Shown: positions 37,282 through 46,974 of the stretch, piece by piece | Numbering within the stretch: the stretch's first letter is position 1 | Layout: each line of letters begins with the position of its first letter | The notes under the pieces: model-generated | The model's input: the letters and a program-made list of their open reading frames with translations, nothing else | The model's database searches: none | What the model was told of the DNA's origin: nothing | Assembly: GCA_002469805.1 (NCBI GenBank) | Contig: DKNW01000117.1 | Location: 4,382 to 57,297, forward strand | Reading direction: 5' to 3' | Length of the DNA: 52,916 nt | Origin: Rhodobiaceae bacterium UBA7378 | GTDB taxonomy: Bacteria > Pseudomonadota > Alphaproteobacteria > RS24 | Made by a program: the position numbers and the translations under genes

Positions 37282-38025
37282 GTGGGCCAAGAAATACATA
37301 AAGAAAACCCAAAAGACCGACGAAAAACGCAGGACGCAACCCGCGCAGGTCATCGCAAGCGATTGCGCGAGCGCCTGCGCCGAGGCGGACATACGGCCCT
37401 GCACGATTACGAGCTTCTCGAGCTAATTCTTTTCCGTGCTTTGCCGCGCCGTGATGTGAAACCGCTGGCGCGGCATCTCCTCGACCAATTTGGCGATCTG
37501 TCTGGCGTGCTAAGCGCGCCGGAGCCGCGCTTGCTCGAAGTTTCGGGTATTGGTCCGGAGGTCATCACGGAGTTTCGGCTGATCGAAGCAGCCGCGTTGA
37601 ATTTCGGTCAAAGTAAAATAATGCACAAGCCTGCGCTGGCGAACTGGAACCAGATGATCAATTACTGCCGCGCGAAAATAGCCGAGAAGAACAAGGAAGA
37701 GTTTCACGTGCTGTTTCTCGACAAGAAAAACCATATCATTGCTGATGAGATGATGGGCATGGGCACTGTCGACCATGCGCCAGTTTATCCGCGCGAAGTG
37801 ATCAAGCGTGCGCTCGAATTGAGCGCATCGGCCCTTATTCTGGTGCACAACCACCCCAGCGGCGACCCCACGCCATCAAAAGCCGACATTGATATGACGA
37901 ATAAGCTTTATACTTTGGCCAGCCAGTTCAACATTGTCGTGCATGACCATCTCATAATCGGACGCGTTAGCGAGGTGAGTTTCAAAAATTTGGGCCTGCT
38001 GGAAGCGCCAGCTCCTGATTTTTAA
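37282..38025 (+). CDS. radC: RadC-family JAB-domain protein
   Basis: 247 aa (GTG start in the track). GHRKRLRERL..G...L.DYELLELILF, HhH region, and the JAMM motif LVHNHPSGDPTPSKADI. Confidence 0.85.
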   Translation: MGQEIHKENPKDRRKTQDATRAGHRKRLRERLRRGGHTALHDYELLELILFRALPRRDVKPLARHLLDQFGDLSGVLSAPEPRLLEVSGIGPEVITEFRLIEAAALNFGQSKIMHKPALANWNQMINYCRAKIAEKNKEEFHVLFLDKKNHIIADEMMGMGTVDHAPVYPREVIKRALELSASALILVHNHPSGDPTPSKADIDMTNKLYTLASQFNIVVHDHLIIGRVSEVSFKNLGLLEAPAPDF

Positions 38026-38026
38026 A

Positions 38027-38069
38027 GCGATTGCTTTGCGCTAAGCCGACAATCTGCTAAAGCAATCGC
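38027..38069 (+). other. perfect 11-bp-stem hairpin filling the radC-purB spacer
   Basis: GCGATTGCTTT (38027-38037) and AAAGCAATCGC (38059-38069) with a 21-nt loop. It starts 2 nt after the radC stop and ends 1 nt before the purB AAGGAG RBS. No U-tract. Confidence 0.6.
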
Positions 38070-38083
38070 AAAGGAGATTGCCC

Positions 38084-39376
38084 ATGATTCCGCGTTACGC
38101 TCGCCCTGAAATGACAAAACTATGGGAAGCCGAAAGCCGCTTCTCCATTTGGCTTGACATCGAAACACATGCCATGGATGCCATGGTGGAGCTTGGAATT
38201 GTTCCTGCTGATGCTGCCGAGGCTGTACGTGCGCGCGGCGGATTTGATGTCGATCGCATCGACGAAATTGAACGCGAGGTTAAGCATGATGTGATCGCTT
38301 TTTTGACATCACTCGCCGAGCATGTGGGTCCAGAAGCACGTTTTGTCCACCAAGGCATGACCTCATCGGATGTGCTGGACACATGTTTCAACGTCCAGCT
38401 TACCCGCGCCGCCGACATTTTGATTGCAGACCTCGACGCGCTCTTGCGGGCGCTCGAGACCCGTGCCATCGAGCACAAAATGACGCCGTGCATTGGGCGT
38501 AGCCATGGCATTCATGCCGAGCCAACGACATTTGGCCTCAAAATGGCGCAGGCCTATGCCGAGTTTGACCGCAACCGACAACGTCTCGTAGCGGCACGCG
38601 CCGAGATAGCCACTTGCGCCATTTCTGGTGCAGTCGGCACTTTCGCCAATATCGACCCGTCGGTCGAGATACATGTAGCCGAGAAAATGGGTTTATCCGC
38701 TGAACCGGTTTCAACGCAAGTTATTCCCCGCGACCGCCACGCCATGTTCTTTGCAACATTGGGCGTCATCGCGTCGTCTGTCGAACGGCTTGCTGTTGAG
38801 GTGCGCCACTTGCAACGCACGGAGGTTTTGGAAGCCGAAGAGTATTTCTCAGAGGGCCAGAAGGGGTCTTCCGCCATGCCACATAAGCGCAATCCTGTTT
38901 TGACGGAAAATCTAACCGGGCTCGCCCGATTGGTGCGGGGGATGGCGCTGCCAGCCATGGAAAATGTGGCACTGTGGCACGAGCGCGATATTTCGCACTC
39001 GTCTGTCGAACGCATGATCGGCCCTGATGCCACGATTACGCTAGATTTCGCGTTGTGCCGGCTGACTGGAGTAATGGAGAACCTGATCGTTTACTCCGAA
39101 CGCATGCAGGAAAATCTGGACAAGCTCGGTGGTCTCGTTCACTCGCAGCGCGTTTTGCTGGCGCTAACACAAGCCGGGGTGAGCCGCGAAGACGCTTATC
39201 GGCTGGTGCAACGCAATGCCATGCCGGTTTGGCGCGGCGAAGGCATTTTTCTAGACCTTCTTAAAGCCGATAATGACGTTATTTTAAGTGATAGCGACCT
39301 CGAAGCGCTGTTTGATCTCAGCTATCACTTCAAACATGTGGATACGATATTCGCGCGCGTCTTCAGCGATAGCTGA
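38084..39376 (+). CDS. purB: adenylosuccinate lyase
   Basis: [21 protein letters not shown] and [10 protein letters not shown] signature. ATG 38084 lies 7 nt after AAGGAG (the track start TTG 38078 is unlikely). Confidence 0.95.
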   Translation: MIPRYARPEMTKLWEAESRFSIWLDIETHAMDAMVELGIVPADAAEAVRARGGFDVDRIDEIEREVKHDVIAFLTSLAEHVGPEARFVHQGMTSSDVLDTCFNVQLTRAADILIADLDALLRALETRAIEHKMTPCIGRSHGIHAEPTTFGLKMAQAYAEFDRNRQRLVAARAEIATCAISGAVGTFANIDPSVEIHVAEKMGLSAEPVSTQVIPRDRHAMFFATLGVIASSVERLAVEVRHLQRTEVLEAEEYFSEGQKGSSAMPHKRNPVLTENLTGLARLVRGMALPAMENVALWHERDISHSSVERMIGPDATITLDFALCRLTGVMENLIVYSERMQENLDKLGGLVHSQRVLLALTQAGVSREDAYRLVQRNAMPVWRGEGIFLDLLKADNDVILSDSDLEALFDLSYHFKHVDTIFARVFSDS

Positions 39377-39459
39377 GTGTTTGCTCGAATCGCCACGATG
39401 GTCTAGTTTCCCCCTATTGCGGCACGGTTCACCTGCCGCTGGTACCGGAGAAGTCGCAA

Positions 39460-40224
39460 ATGTCAAAGCGCCGCCGTATACACGAGGGCAAGGCCAAAGT
39501 GCTCTATGAAGGCCCTGAGCCCGGAACGCTCGTGCAACATTTCAAAGACGATACCACCGCCTTCAATGCTGAGAAGCACGAGGTGATTGAGGGCAAAGGT
39601 GTTTTGAATAACCGGATCTCCGAATATATTTTTCTCAAGCTTGAGCAAATTGGTATTCAAACGCATTTCATTAAAGCCATGAACATGCGCGAGCAGCTCA
39701 TTCGAGAAGCTGAGATTGTGCCACTTGAGGTTGTTATCCGCAATGTCGCAGCCGGTTCGCTGGTTAAGCGCTTGGGTCTCAAAGAAGGCGAAATGCTGCC
39801 CCGGCCGCTTATCGAATTTTATTACAAGGACGATGAACTGGGTGATCCGCTTATCAGCGAAGATCATATCGCAGTCTTTGGCTGGGCAACACAAGTCGAG
39901 TTAGACGAGATTATGGCTAATGCTCTGCGCATTAATGATTTTTTGATCGGTCTGTTTGCCGGTGTCGGCATTCGATTGGTTGATTTCAAGCTGGAGTTTG
40001 GCCGGGTCTGGGACGGTGATCTGCAGCGCATCATTCTCGCCGATGAAATTAGCCCAGATAATTGCCGTCTCTGGGACATAAACAATAACGAAAAGCTCGA
40101 CAAAGACCGATTTCGCCAAGACCTTGGCGGGCTGGTGGATGCCTATCAGGAAGTTGCCCGGCGGCTCGGTATTTTCTCGTCAAATGGCCATGACGGTAAA
40201 AAAGGCCCGGTGCTGGTAAGTTGA
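39460..40224 (+). CDS. purC: phosphoribosylaminoimidazole-succinocarboxamide synthase
   Basis: 254 aa. EGKAK.LYEG, LEVV.RN.AAGS and [13 protein letters not shown] motifs. Confidence 0.95.
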   Translation: MSKRRRIHEGKAKVLYEGPEPGTLVQHFKDDTTAFNAEKHEVIEGKGVLNNRISEYIFLKLEQIGIQTHFIKAMNMREQLIREAEIVPLEVVIRNVAAGSLVKRLGLKEGEMLPRPLIEFYYKDDELGDPLISEDHIAVFGWATQVELDEIMANALRINDFLIGLFAGVGIRLVDFKLEFGRVWDGDLQRIILADEISPDNCRLWDINNNEKLDKDRFRQDLGGLVDAYQEVARRLGIFSSNGHDGKKGPVLVS

Positions 40225-40231
40225 GGCGGTG

Positions 40232-40480
40232 ATGAAAGCGACGATTTATATTACCCTGAAAAACGGTGTTCTGGACCCCCAAGGAAAAGCCATTGAGAAC
40301 GCGTTGGGCCAGCTTGGTTTCGACGGTGTAAACAGCGTCCGCCAGGGCAAGCTGATTGAGATGGATCTCGCCGATACCGATGCAAGCGCAGCCGAATCGC
40401 GGTTGCAGGAAATGTGCGAAAAACTGCTCGCCAATACGGTGATCGAGAATTTCGACATTCGCCTCAGCGACACGGAGTAA
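40232..40480 (+). CDS. purS: FGAM synthase subunit PurS
   Basis: About 82 aa. K..I.ITLKNGVLDPQGKAIENAL..LGF is typical of PurS. Confidence 0.9.
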   Translation: MKATIYITLKNGVLDPQGKAIENALGQLGFDGVNSVRQGKLIEMDLADTDASAAESRLQEMCEKLLANTVIENFDIRLSDTE

Positions 40481-40486
40481 AAATCC

Positions 40487-41152
40487 ATGCGTGCAGCGGT
40501 TATCGTGTTTCCCGGTTCAAATTGTGACCGCGACGTTGCGGTGTGCCTCGAAGCCGCCGGAACAAAACCCGACATGGTATGGCATGGCGAAACCAGCCTT
40601 CCGGCCTGCGATCTGATTGTGCTGCCCGGCGGGTTTTCTTATGGCGATTATCTACGCTGCGGATCTATGGCAGCCAACAGCCCGGTTATGCGCGAAGTGG
40701 TGGCGCGCGCCCACGCTGGCACCGCAGTACTTGGTATCTGCAATGGATTTCAAGTGCTGACCGAGTGCGGGTTGTTGCCTGGCGTGCTCATGCGCAACCG
40801 CGACCTAAATTTCGTCTGCCGCAATACGCGGCTAAACGTGACCCGCACAGACACCCCCTTCACCCATTTATATGAGGCGGATGAAGAGATCATTATTCCC
40901 GTCGCACATAATGAAGGCAATTACTTTGCAGATGATGACACGCTGGTACGCTTGCAGGGTGAAAACCAGATAGTATTCACCTATGCCAGCGGCGATAACC
41001 CAAACGGTGCCAGCCTCGATATTGCTGGCATTACAGACCCAACAGGGCGCGTGCTCGGCATGATGCCCCACCCCGAGCGCCGTGCCGAAAAAGCACTGGG
41101 CGGTGCCGACGGGCGGCGCATGTTTGATGGTGTGATGGAGATGCTGTCATGA
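40487..41152 (+). CDS. purQ: FGAM synthase glutaminase subunit PurQ
   Basis: [26 protein letters not shown] (catalytic Cys) and HPER motifs. Confidence 0.95.
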   Translation: MRAAVIVFPGSNCDRDVAVCLEAAGTKPDMVWHGETSLPACDLIVLPGGFSYGDYLRCGSMAANSPVMREVVARAHAGTAVLGICNGFQVLTECGLLPGVLMRNRDLNFVCRNTRLNVTRTDTPFTHLYEADEEIIIPVAHNEGNYFADDDTLVRLQGENQIVFTYASGDNPNGASLDIAGITDPTGRVLGMMPHPERRAEKALGGADGRRMFDGVMEMLS

Positions 41153-43359
41153 GCCAAGGTCATAATCATGAACCGCCCGTCACGGACGAGTTGGTGGCCG
41201 AACACGGCCTGACGCCGGATGAATACGATATGATTGTCGAACATATGGGGCGCGAACCGAACTTCACCGAACTGGGCGTTTTTTCGGTGATGTGGTCTGA
41301 GCACTGCTCGTATAAATCCTCGCGCAAATGGCTGAAGAAATTGCCCGTCGATGGGCCGCAGGTTATTCAGGGACCGGGCGAAAATGCTGGCGTTATCGAC
41401 ATTGGTGACGGCGATGCCGCTATCTTTAAAATGGAAAGCCACAACCACCCATCCTTTATCGAGCCCTATCAGGGCGCGGCAACCGGTGTGGGCGGCATCA
41501 TGCGCGATGTGTTTACCATGGGTGCGCGACCTGTTGCGAATTTAAACGCCTTGCGCTTCGGCGCGCCCGAGCATCACAAAACACCGCATCTCGTGGCCGG
41601 TGTCGTGTCGGGCATTGGTGGTTATGGTAACTGCATTGGCGTACCGACCGTCGGCGGCGAGGTTAATTTCGACGCCAGCTATAACGGCAATATTCTGGTA
41701 AACGCCATGTGCGTCGGCCTTGCCCGTACCGATAAAATATTCTACGCCGCGGCGACTGGCGTGGGCTCGCCCGTTGTCTATGTCGGGTCAAAAACTGGGC
41801 GCGACGGCATCCACGGCGCGACCATGGCCTCAGCCGAGTTCGACGACGCATCAGACGAAAAGCGCCCAACGGTTCAGGTCGGCGACCCATTTACCGAGAA
41901 ACTCCTTTTGGAAGCGTGCCAAGAATTAATGGCATCAGACGCGATTATCGGCATCCAGGATATGGGTGCCGCCGGGTTGACATCGTCATCGGTGGAAATG
42001 GCTGATAAGGGCAATGTCGGAATACGCCTCAACCTCGACAAGGTTCCCTGCCGCGAAACTCATATGACTGGATACGAAATGCTGCTTTCTGAAAGTCAGG
42101 AGCGCATGCTGATGGTCTTGAAGCCGGGGCGCGAAGACGAAGCAGCGGAGATATTCCACCGCTGGGGACTAGATTTTGCCGTGGTGGGCGAATTAACAGA
42201 CACCAACCGCATGATAGTGGAGCATGAGGGCCGTCTAATCGCAGACATGCCACTCAGACCACTCGCTGACGGCGCGCCCGAATATGACCGGCCCTTTGTA
42301 GCAACCCCGAAGCATGCGCCCCTTGATCTGACCGCCGACGCGCATGCACAAGACCTAGCTACAAGCTTGATGAATTTGATGGGCAGTTCGGAAATGGCGT
42401 CACGGCGCTGGATTTGGGAACAATATGATTCGATGGTTATGGGCGACACGCTGGCCGGCCCCGGCGGTGACGCCGCACTCGTACGCGTGCATGGCACCAA
42501 CAAGGCGCTGGCCGTGACCACCGATGTGACGCCACGATATTGCCTTGCTGATCCCGCAATGGGTGGCCAGCAAGCCGTGGCCGAAGCCTATCGCAATATT
42601 AGCGCCACCGGCGCAACGCCGCTCGCCATCACCAATTGCTTGAATTTCGGCAATCCCGAGCGCCCGGAGATCATGGGCCAGTTCGTCGGCTGTCTGGACG
42701 GAATGGGTGCGGCGTGTCGTGCGCTCGATTTTCCCGTCGTCTCAGGCAATGTCTCGCTTTACAATGAAACCAATGGGCGCGGCATCATGCCAACACCAGC
42801 GATTGGCGGGGTTGGCGTGCTGGCCGATCTGGACAAGGCAGTGGGCAATGCCTTCCGGCACAGCGACCTTAACATATATATTGTCGGCGAAACTGCCGGA
42901 CATCTTGGATGTTCGCTGTACGCCCGCAATGTGCTGGCGCTTGACGCGTTGGGCCCGCCGCCGCCGGTTAATCTTGAGCATGAGAGACACCATGGCGAAT
43001 TTGTGCGTGGCGTCATTGGTGACGGCCTTGCTGCGTGCGTGCATGATGTTTCTGATGGTGGCTTGTTGTGCGCGCTCGCAGAAATGGCCTTGCCGCACAA
43101 AATTGGTTGCACGGTGGATATTGAAGGTGACCACGCCTTCTGGTTCGGTGAAGACCAAGGCAGGTATTTGGTTGGCATCGCGCCAGACACATTCGAAAGC
43201 TTTGAAACAGCAGCCGCCCAAGCTGGCGTGGTGATAACCCGTTTGGGCATTACTGGCGGCGCGGAATTGACAATTTCCCACACCATGACCATATCATTAG
43301 AGGAAATGGCGCAAATTCATGAAAACTGGTTCCCAGATCTCATGAACACAACGCTCTAA
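41149..43359 (+). CDS. purL: FGAM synthase subunit PurL
   Basis: 736 aa. [30 protein letters not shown] and GG.GNC.GVPTV motifs. The start overlaps the purQ stop (ATGA). Confidence 0.95.
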   Translation: MSQGHNHEPPVTDELVAEHGLTPDEYDMIVEHMGREPNFTELGVFSVMWSEHCSYKSSRKWLKKLPVDGPQVIQGPGENAGVIDIGDGDAAIFKMESHNHPSFIEPYQGAATGVGGIMRDVFTMGARPVANLNALRFGAPEHHKTPHLVAGVVSGIGGYGNCIGVPTVGGEVNFDASYNGNILVNAMCVGLARTDKIFYAAATGVGSPVVYVGSKTGRDGIHGATMASAEFDDASDEKRPTVQVGDPFTEKLLLEACQELMASDAIIGIQDMGAAGLTSSSVEMADKGNVGIRLNLDKVPCRETHMTGYEMLLSESQERMLMVLKPGREDEAAEIFHRWGLDFAVVGELTDTNRMIVEHEGRLIADMPLRPLADGAPEYDRPFVATPKHAPLDLTADAHAQDLATSLMNLMGSSEMASRRWIWEQYDSMVMGDTLAGPGGDAALVRVHGTNKALAVTTDVTPRYCLADPAMGGQQAVAEAYRNISATGATPLAITNCLNFGNPERPEIMGQFVGCLDGMGAACRALDFPVVSGNVSLYNETNGRGIMPTPAIGGVGVLADLDKAVGNAFRHSDLNIYIVGETAGHLGCSLYARNVLALDALGPPPPVNLEHERHHGEFVRGVIGDGLAACVHDVSDGGLLCALAEMALPHKIGCTVDIEGDHAFWFGEDQGRYLVGIAPDTFESFETAAAQAGVVITRLGITGGAELTISHTMTISLEEMAQIHENWFPDLMNTTL

Positions 43360-43384
43360 AAGGATGAGCTAAAAGGAAACGCAG

Positions 43385-43624
43385 ATGCCGATGACCGCCG
43401 GCCAACTGGAACAGATGATCCGTACAGCCTTGCCCGATGCGCAGGTTGAGATCACAGATCTACGCGGCGACGGCGACCATTACGCCGCCCATGTGGTGTC
43501 GCATGCTTTTGCCGGCAAAACCCGCGTTCAACAGCATAAAATGGTATATGACGCGCTTGAGGGCGGTATGGGCGACGCGCTGCATGCGCTCGCGCTGCAA
43601 ACATCCGTACCCGATAACGACTGA
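43385..43624 (+). CDS. BolA-family protein
   Basis: 79 aa. GDGDHY...V.S..F.GK.R..QH..VY..L is typical of BolA. Confidence 0.85.
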   Translation: MPMTAGQLEQMIRTALPDAQVEITDLRGDGDHYAAHVVSHAFAGKTRVQQHKMVYDALEGGMGDALHALALQTSVPDND

Positions 43625-43651
43625 TGTCCATGTCGCCTGAAGGAGGCCCAA

Positions 43652-43978
43652 ATGAGTGAAATTGATACCCTTATCAAAACAGAGATCGACAGCGCCGAGA
43701 TTGTGCTTTTCATGAAGGGCACACCGGTATTTCCACAGTGCGGATTTTCCGGACAAGTTGTCCAAATTCTGTCGCATATCGGGGCACCGTTTAAGGGCGT
43801 GAATGTGCTGGAAGATGACACGCTGCGCGAGGGCGTTAAAAGTTTCTCGAACTGGCCGACCATTCCCCAGCTTTACGTCAAGGGTGAGTTCGTCGGCGGT
43901 TGCGATATTATTCGAGAAATGTTCGAGGAAGGCGAGTTACGCCCGTTCTTTGCCGAACAAGGCATTAATCTCGATTAG
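43652..43978 (+). CDS. grxD: monothiol (CGFS) glutaredoxin, Grx4 type
   Basis: 108 aa. VLFMKGTP.FPQCGFS active site, WPTIPQLYV.GEF.GG.DI. Confidence 0.92.
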   Translation: MSEIDTLIKTEIDSAEIVLFMKGTPVFPQCGFSGQVVQILSHIGAPFKGVNVLEDDTLREGVKSFSNWPTIPQLYVKGEFVGGCDIIREMFEEGELRPFFAEQGINLD

Positions 43979-43982
43979 AAAT

Positions 43983-44012
43983 AAAAAACCCCGCGGAATT
44001 GCGCGGGGGTTT
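43983..44012. terminator. bidirectional rho-independent terminator between grxD and rpsD
   Basis: AAAAAA-CCCCGCG-gaattg-CGCGGGG-GTTT. The T6 tail is on the minus-strand transcript (rpsD); the GUUU tail on the plus strand is weaker. Confidence 0.75.
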
Positions 44013-44060
44013 CCAACTGGCCTACCAGCTTTTCGATCGCGGCAATAAAAGCCGCGAAAT

Positions 44061-44681
44061 CTAATTACGCGAATAAAATTCGACGACCAGGTTTGGCTCC
44101 ATCTGTACCGGATAGGGCACATCTGCCAGCTGTGGAACGGCCGTAAGGCGCGCTGTCAGCTTATTGTGGTCAACATCAATATATTCCGGAACATCACGCT
44201 CAGCATTTTGAATGGCTTCTAGAACAATGTTGAGTGTGCGTGATTTTTCACGAATTTCGACAACATCGCCGGTTTTCAACCGACGGCTCGGAATATTGCA
44301 CCGACGACCGTTTACCATGACGTGCCCGTGGTTCACGAACTGGCGGGCAGCAAATACGGTGGTAACGAATTTGGCGCGATACACAATCGCGTCCAAACGC
44401 GATTCCAGCAGACCTACGAGGTTTTCACTGGTATCGCCCTTCACCCGCACGGCTTCGGCATAAATGCCGCGAAACTGTTTCTCGGTGATATTACCGTAAT
44501 GGCCTTTAAGTTTTTGTTTGGCACGCAGCTGCAGACCAAAGTCTGAAAGCTTGCCACGGCGACGCTGACCATGTTGCCCAGGGCCGTAGTCGCGCCGGTT
44601 AACTGGGCTTTTTGGGCGACCCCAGATGTTTTCACCAATGCGGCGATCAATTTTATATTTCGTCGATATGCGCTTGCTCAT
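44061..44681 (-). CDS. rpsD: 30S ribosomal protein S4
   Basis: 206 aa. RLD...YR..F..T...ARQ.V.HGH..VNG....IPS S4-domain sequence. GAGGA RBS. Confidence 0.95.
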   Translation of the reverse strand: MSKRISTKYKIDRRIGENIWGRPKSPVNRRDYGPGQHGQRRRGKLSDFGLQLRAKQKLKGHYGNITEKQFRGIYAEAVRVKGDTSENLVGLLESRLDAIVYRAKFVTTVFAARQFVNHGHVMVNGRRCNIPSRRLKTGDVVEIREKSRTLNIVLEAIQNAERDVPEYIDVDHNKLTARLTAVPQLADVPYPVQMEPNLVVEFYSRN

Positions 44682-44706
44682 GCGGCGCGGTCCTCAAATA
44701 TCTATG

Positions 44707-44735
44707 CAAACAAAAAAGCGAGAACGTGCCTCGCT
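44707..44735 (-). terminator. intrinsic-terminator-like hairpin in the trmJ-rpsD spacer (trmJ terminator and/or rpsD leader attenuator)
   Basis: The minus strand reads AGCGAG-GCACGTT-CTCGCT followed by TTTTTTGTTT. It lies only about 25 nt upstream of the rpsD ATG. Confidence 0.65.
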
Positions 44736-44746
44736 GATTGGCGCGT

Positions 44747-44774
44747 AATATACCCACTATCGGCCTGTTGTCAA
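44747..44774 (-). promoter_or_regulatory. near-consensus sigma70-type promoter facing rpsD
   Basis: On the minus strand, TTGACA (44774-44769), a 16-nt spacer, then TATATT (44752-44747). It sits between the trmJ stop and the hairpin. Confidence 0.55.
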
Positions 44775-44788
44775 AGGGTAATAACGCG

Positions 44789-45640
44789 TCAAGATTTATC
44801 GTCTGCAAGCCCCGCATTGCCAGACATACCGGGGTCTGCCTGCCCTTTTGATATTGCCCCCACACGTGGCTTAATCTGTTTGTCATCTGCCCCGCGCGGC
44901 CAACGTAGAAGCGCATTTATCACGCCACGAAATGTGCGTACATCCTGCTCGGTGAGGCTGGCACGATGAAACATGTTGCGTAAATTACGCGCCATTGCTG
45001 GTTTTTTCTCTGGCGGAGCCAAAAATCCCGCCGCATCGAGTGCGGCTTCGAAATGGTCAAACATGCCATGCAGTTCCGCGCGCGTAGCCGGGCGCGTATC
45101 AGGCACGGGTAGCTGTGCGGCCGGCGTGGTGTCAGCTGTCTGGAACCACTCATACCCGATGAGCAATACGGCCTGCGCCAGATTGAGTGAGCTAAATTCG
45201 GGGTTAAGCGGCACACGGCAAATGGCATCAGCCAGCGAGATATCCTCATTATCAAGCCCTGTCCGCTCTGGCCCGAACATGACGCCACTCGTGGTCGCTG
45301 TTTCATGCGCTTGGCGGCGCATTTCAACGGCAAGATGAGCGGGCGTCATCACCGGCTTAACCATATCGCGCAAGCGTGCCGTGGTAGCCACCACAAACCC
45401 CAGATCAGCGGTTGCCTCGGCAACGCTATCGAACATGAGACGATTATCGATCAAAGCCTCGGCCCCTGCCGCGGCCTTGCGCGCGCGCTCGACCTGCCAA
45501 TCGGAGCGCGGACGCACGAGCCGCAAATCGGTCAGGCCAAAGTTCAACATGGCGCGCGCAACAGTGCCGATATTTTCGCCAAGCTGCGCACCGACAAGAA
45601 TGATTGCAGGAGATTGAAATTCAGGCATATTTTCTTTCAT
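44789..45640 (-). CDS. trmJ: SpoU/TrmH-class RNA 2'-O-methyltransferase, TrmJ-like
   Basis: 283 aa. N-terminal ILVGAQLGENIGTVARAMLNFGL.DLRLV.P and the LNLAQAV motif of TrmJ-type SPOUT enzymes, plus a C-terminal extension. Confidence 0.75.
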   Translation of the reverse strand: MKENMPEFQSPAIILVGAQLGENIGTVARAMLNFGLTDLRLVRPRSDWQVERARKAAAGAEALIDNRLMFDSVAEATADLGFVVATTARLRDMVKPVMTPAHLAVEMRRQAHETATTSGVMFGPERTGLDNEDISLADAICRVPLNPEFSSLNLAQAVLLIGYEWFQTADTTPAAQLPVPDTRPATRAELHGMFDHFEAALDAAGFLAPPEKKPAMARNLRNMFHRASLTEQDVRTFRGVINALLRWPRGADDKQIKPRVGAISKGQADPGMSGNAGLADDKS

Positions 45641-45721
45641 AGATCATCAATAATTCAAAGTTAGGGTTTGTTCAAACGTGCGCAGATGGTATCGTTAACA
45701 TAACCACAAAGGGTAAGCATC

Positions 45722-46942
45722 ATGACAAAGATCAAGGTAGATAATCCCATCGTTGAACTCGACGGTGACGAGATGACACGCATCATCTGGCAGATGATCA
45801 AAGATAAGCTGATAAATCCCTATCTGGATATTGATCTGAATTACTATGACCTCGGCATAGAAAGCCGCGACGAAACGGAAGACAAGATAACCGTTGATGC
45901 GGCAAATGCTATCCGCGAAATTGGCGTTGGTGTTAAATGTGCCACCATCACACCGGATGAAGCGCGCGTTGAGGAATTTGACTTAAAACGCATGTACCGC
46001 TCACCCAATGGCACGATCCGCAACATTTTGGGCGGCACAGTTTTTCGCCAACCGATTATCTGTTCGAATGTACCGCGTCTTGTGCCCGGCTGGACGGACC
46101 CGATTGTTATTGGGCGCCACGCATTCGGCGACCAATATCGCGCAACTGACTTCGTGGTTCCGGGCAAGGGCAAGCTGACCATGCGCTGGGAAGCCGAAGA
46201 CGGCAGCGACACAAAAGAGTTTGATGTGTTCGATTTCCCGGGCGGCGGCATTGCGATGAGTATGTACAACCTCGACGATAGCATCCGTGACTTTGCACGC
46301 GCCTGTATGCTCTATGCGCTCGACCTTAAATGGCCGCTATACCTGTCAACGAAAAACACAATCATGAAAGCCTATGATGGTCGTTTCAAAGATTTGTTTC
46401 AGGAAGTCTTCGACGCAGAATTTAAAGAGCGCTTCGACGCGCTTGGGATCGGCTATGAGCACCGCTTGATCGACGATATGGTGGCCGCGGCGTTGAAATG
46501 GCCGGGCAAATTCGTCTGGGCGTGTAAAAATTACGATGGCGATGTGCAATCCGATACAGTGGCGCAAGGCTTCGGGTCATTAGGCTTGATGACATCGGTG
46601 CTGCTGACCCCTGACGGGAAAACCATTGAAGCTGAAGCGGCGCACGGCACGGTTACACGCCACTATCGCGCCCACCAGCGTGGCGAGGAAACCTCGACCA
46701 ATTCAATCGCCTCGATTTTCGCGTGGACGCGTGGACTGAGCAAACGCGCCGAAATCGACGGCAATGACAAGTTGCAAAACTTCGCGACTACGCTCGAAAA
46801 GATATGTGTATCGACCGTCGAGCGCGGCTCCATGACCAAAGACCTTGCTTTGTTGGTTGGTGCCCAGCAAGGCTGGCTGAGCACAGAAGGCTTTCTCGAT
46901 AAAGTGAACGAAAACCTCGAGGCTGCGCTATCCGCGCAGTAA
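45722..46942 (+). CDS. icd: NADP-dependent isocitrate dehydrogenase (eukaryote-like homodimeric type)
   Basis: 406 aa. [41 protein letters not shown] and NYDGDVQSD motifs. Confidence 0.95.
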   Translation: MTKIKVDNPIVELDGDEMTRIIWQMIKDKLINPYLDIDLNYYDLGIESRDETEDKITVDAANAIREIGVGVKCATITPDEARVEEFDLKRMYRSPNGTIRNILGGTVFRQPIICSNVPRLVPGWTDPIVIGRHAFGDQYRATDFVVPGKGKLTMRWEAEDGSDTKEFDVFDFPGGGIAMSMYNLDDSIRDFARACMLYALDLKWPLYLSTKNTIMKAYDGRFKDLFQEVFDAEFKERFDALGIGYEHRLIDDMVAAALKWPGKFVWACKNYDGDVQSDTVAQGFGSLGLMTSVLLTPDGKTIEAEAAHGTVTRHYRAHQRGEETSTNSIASIFAWTRGLSKRAEIDGNDKLQNFATTLEKICVSTVERGSMTKDLALLVGAQQGWLSTEGFLDKVNENLEAALSAQ

Positions 46943-46974
46943 CACCCTGCCCGCTGTATCCGTCGCCAAACTCT

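Noticed and set aside
37282-38025. RadC/JAB gene as a marker of a mobile element or anti-restriction module
   Set aside because: It is flanked by map and purB with no mobility genes. It has the full chromosomal RadC architecture (HhH plus JAMM) and the common map-radC housekeeping context.
44036-44056. Second hairpin TCGCGGC-aataaaa-GCCGCGA immediately downstream of the rpsD stop, as the rpsD terminator
   Set aside because: It has no U-tract on either strand. The stronger CCCCGCG/CGCGGGG hairpin with a T6 tail at 43983-44012 is the better terminator candidate.
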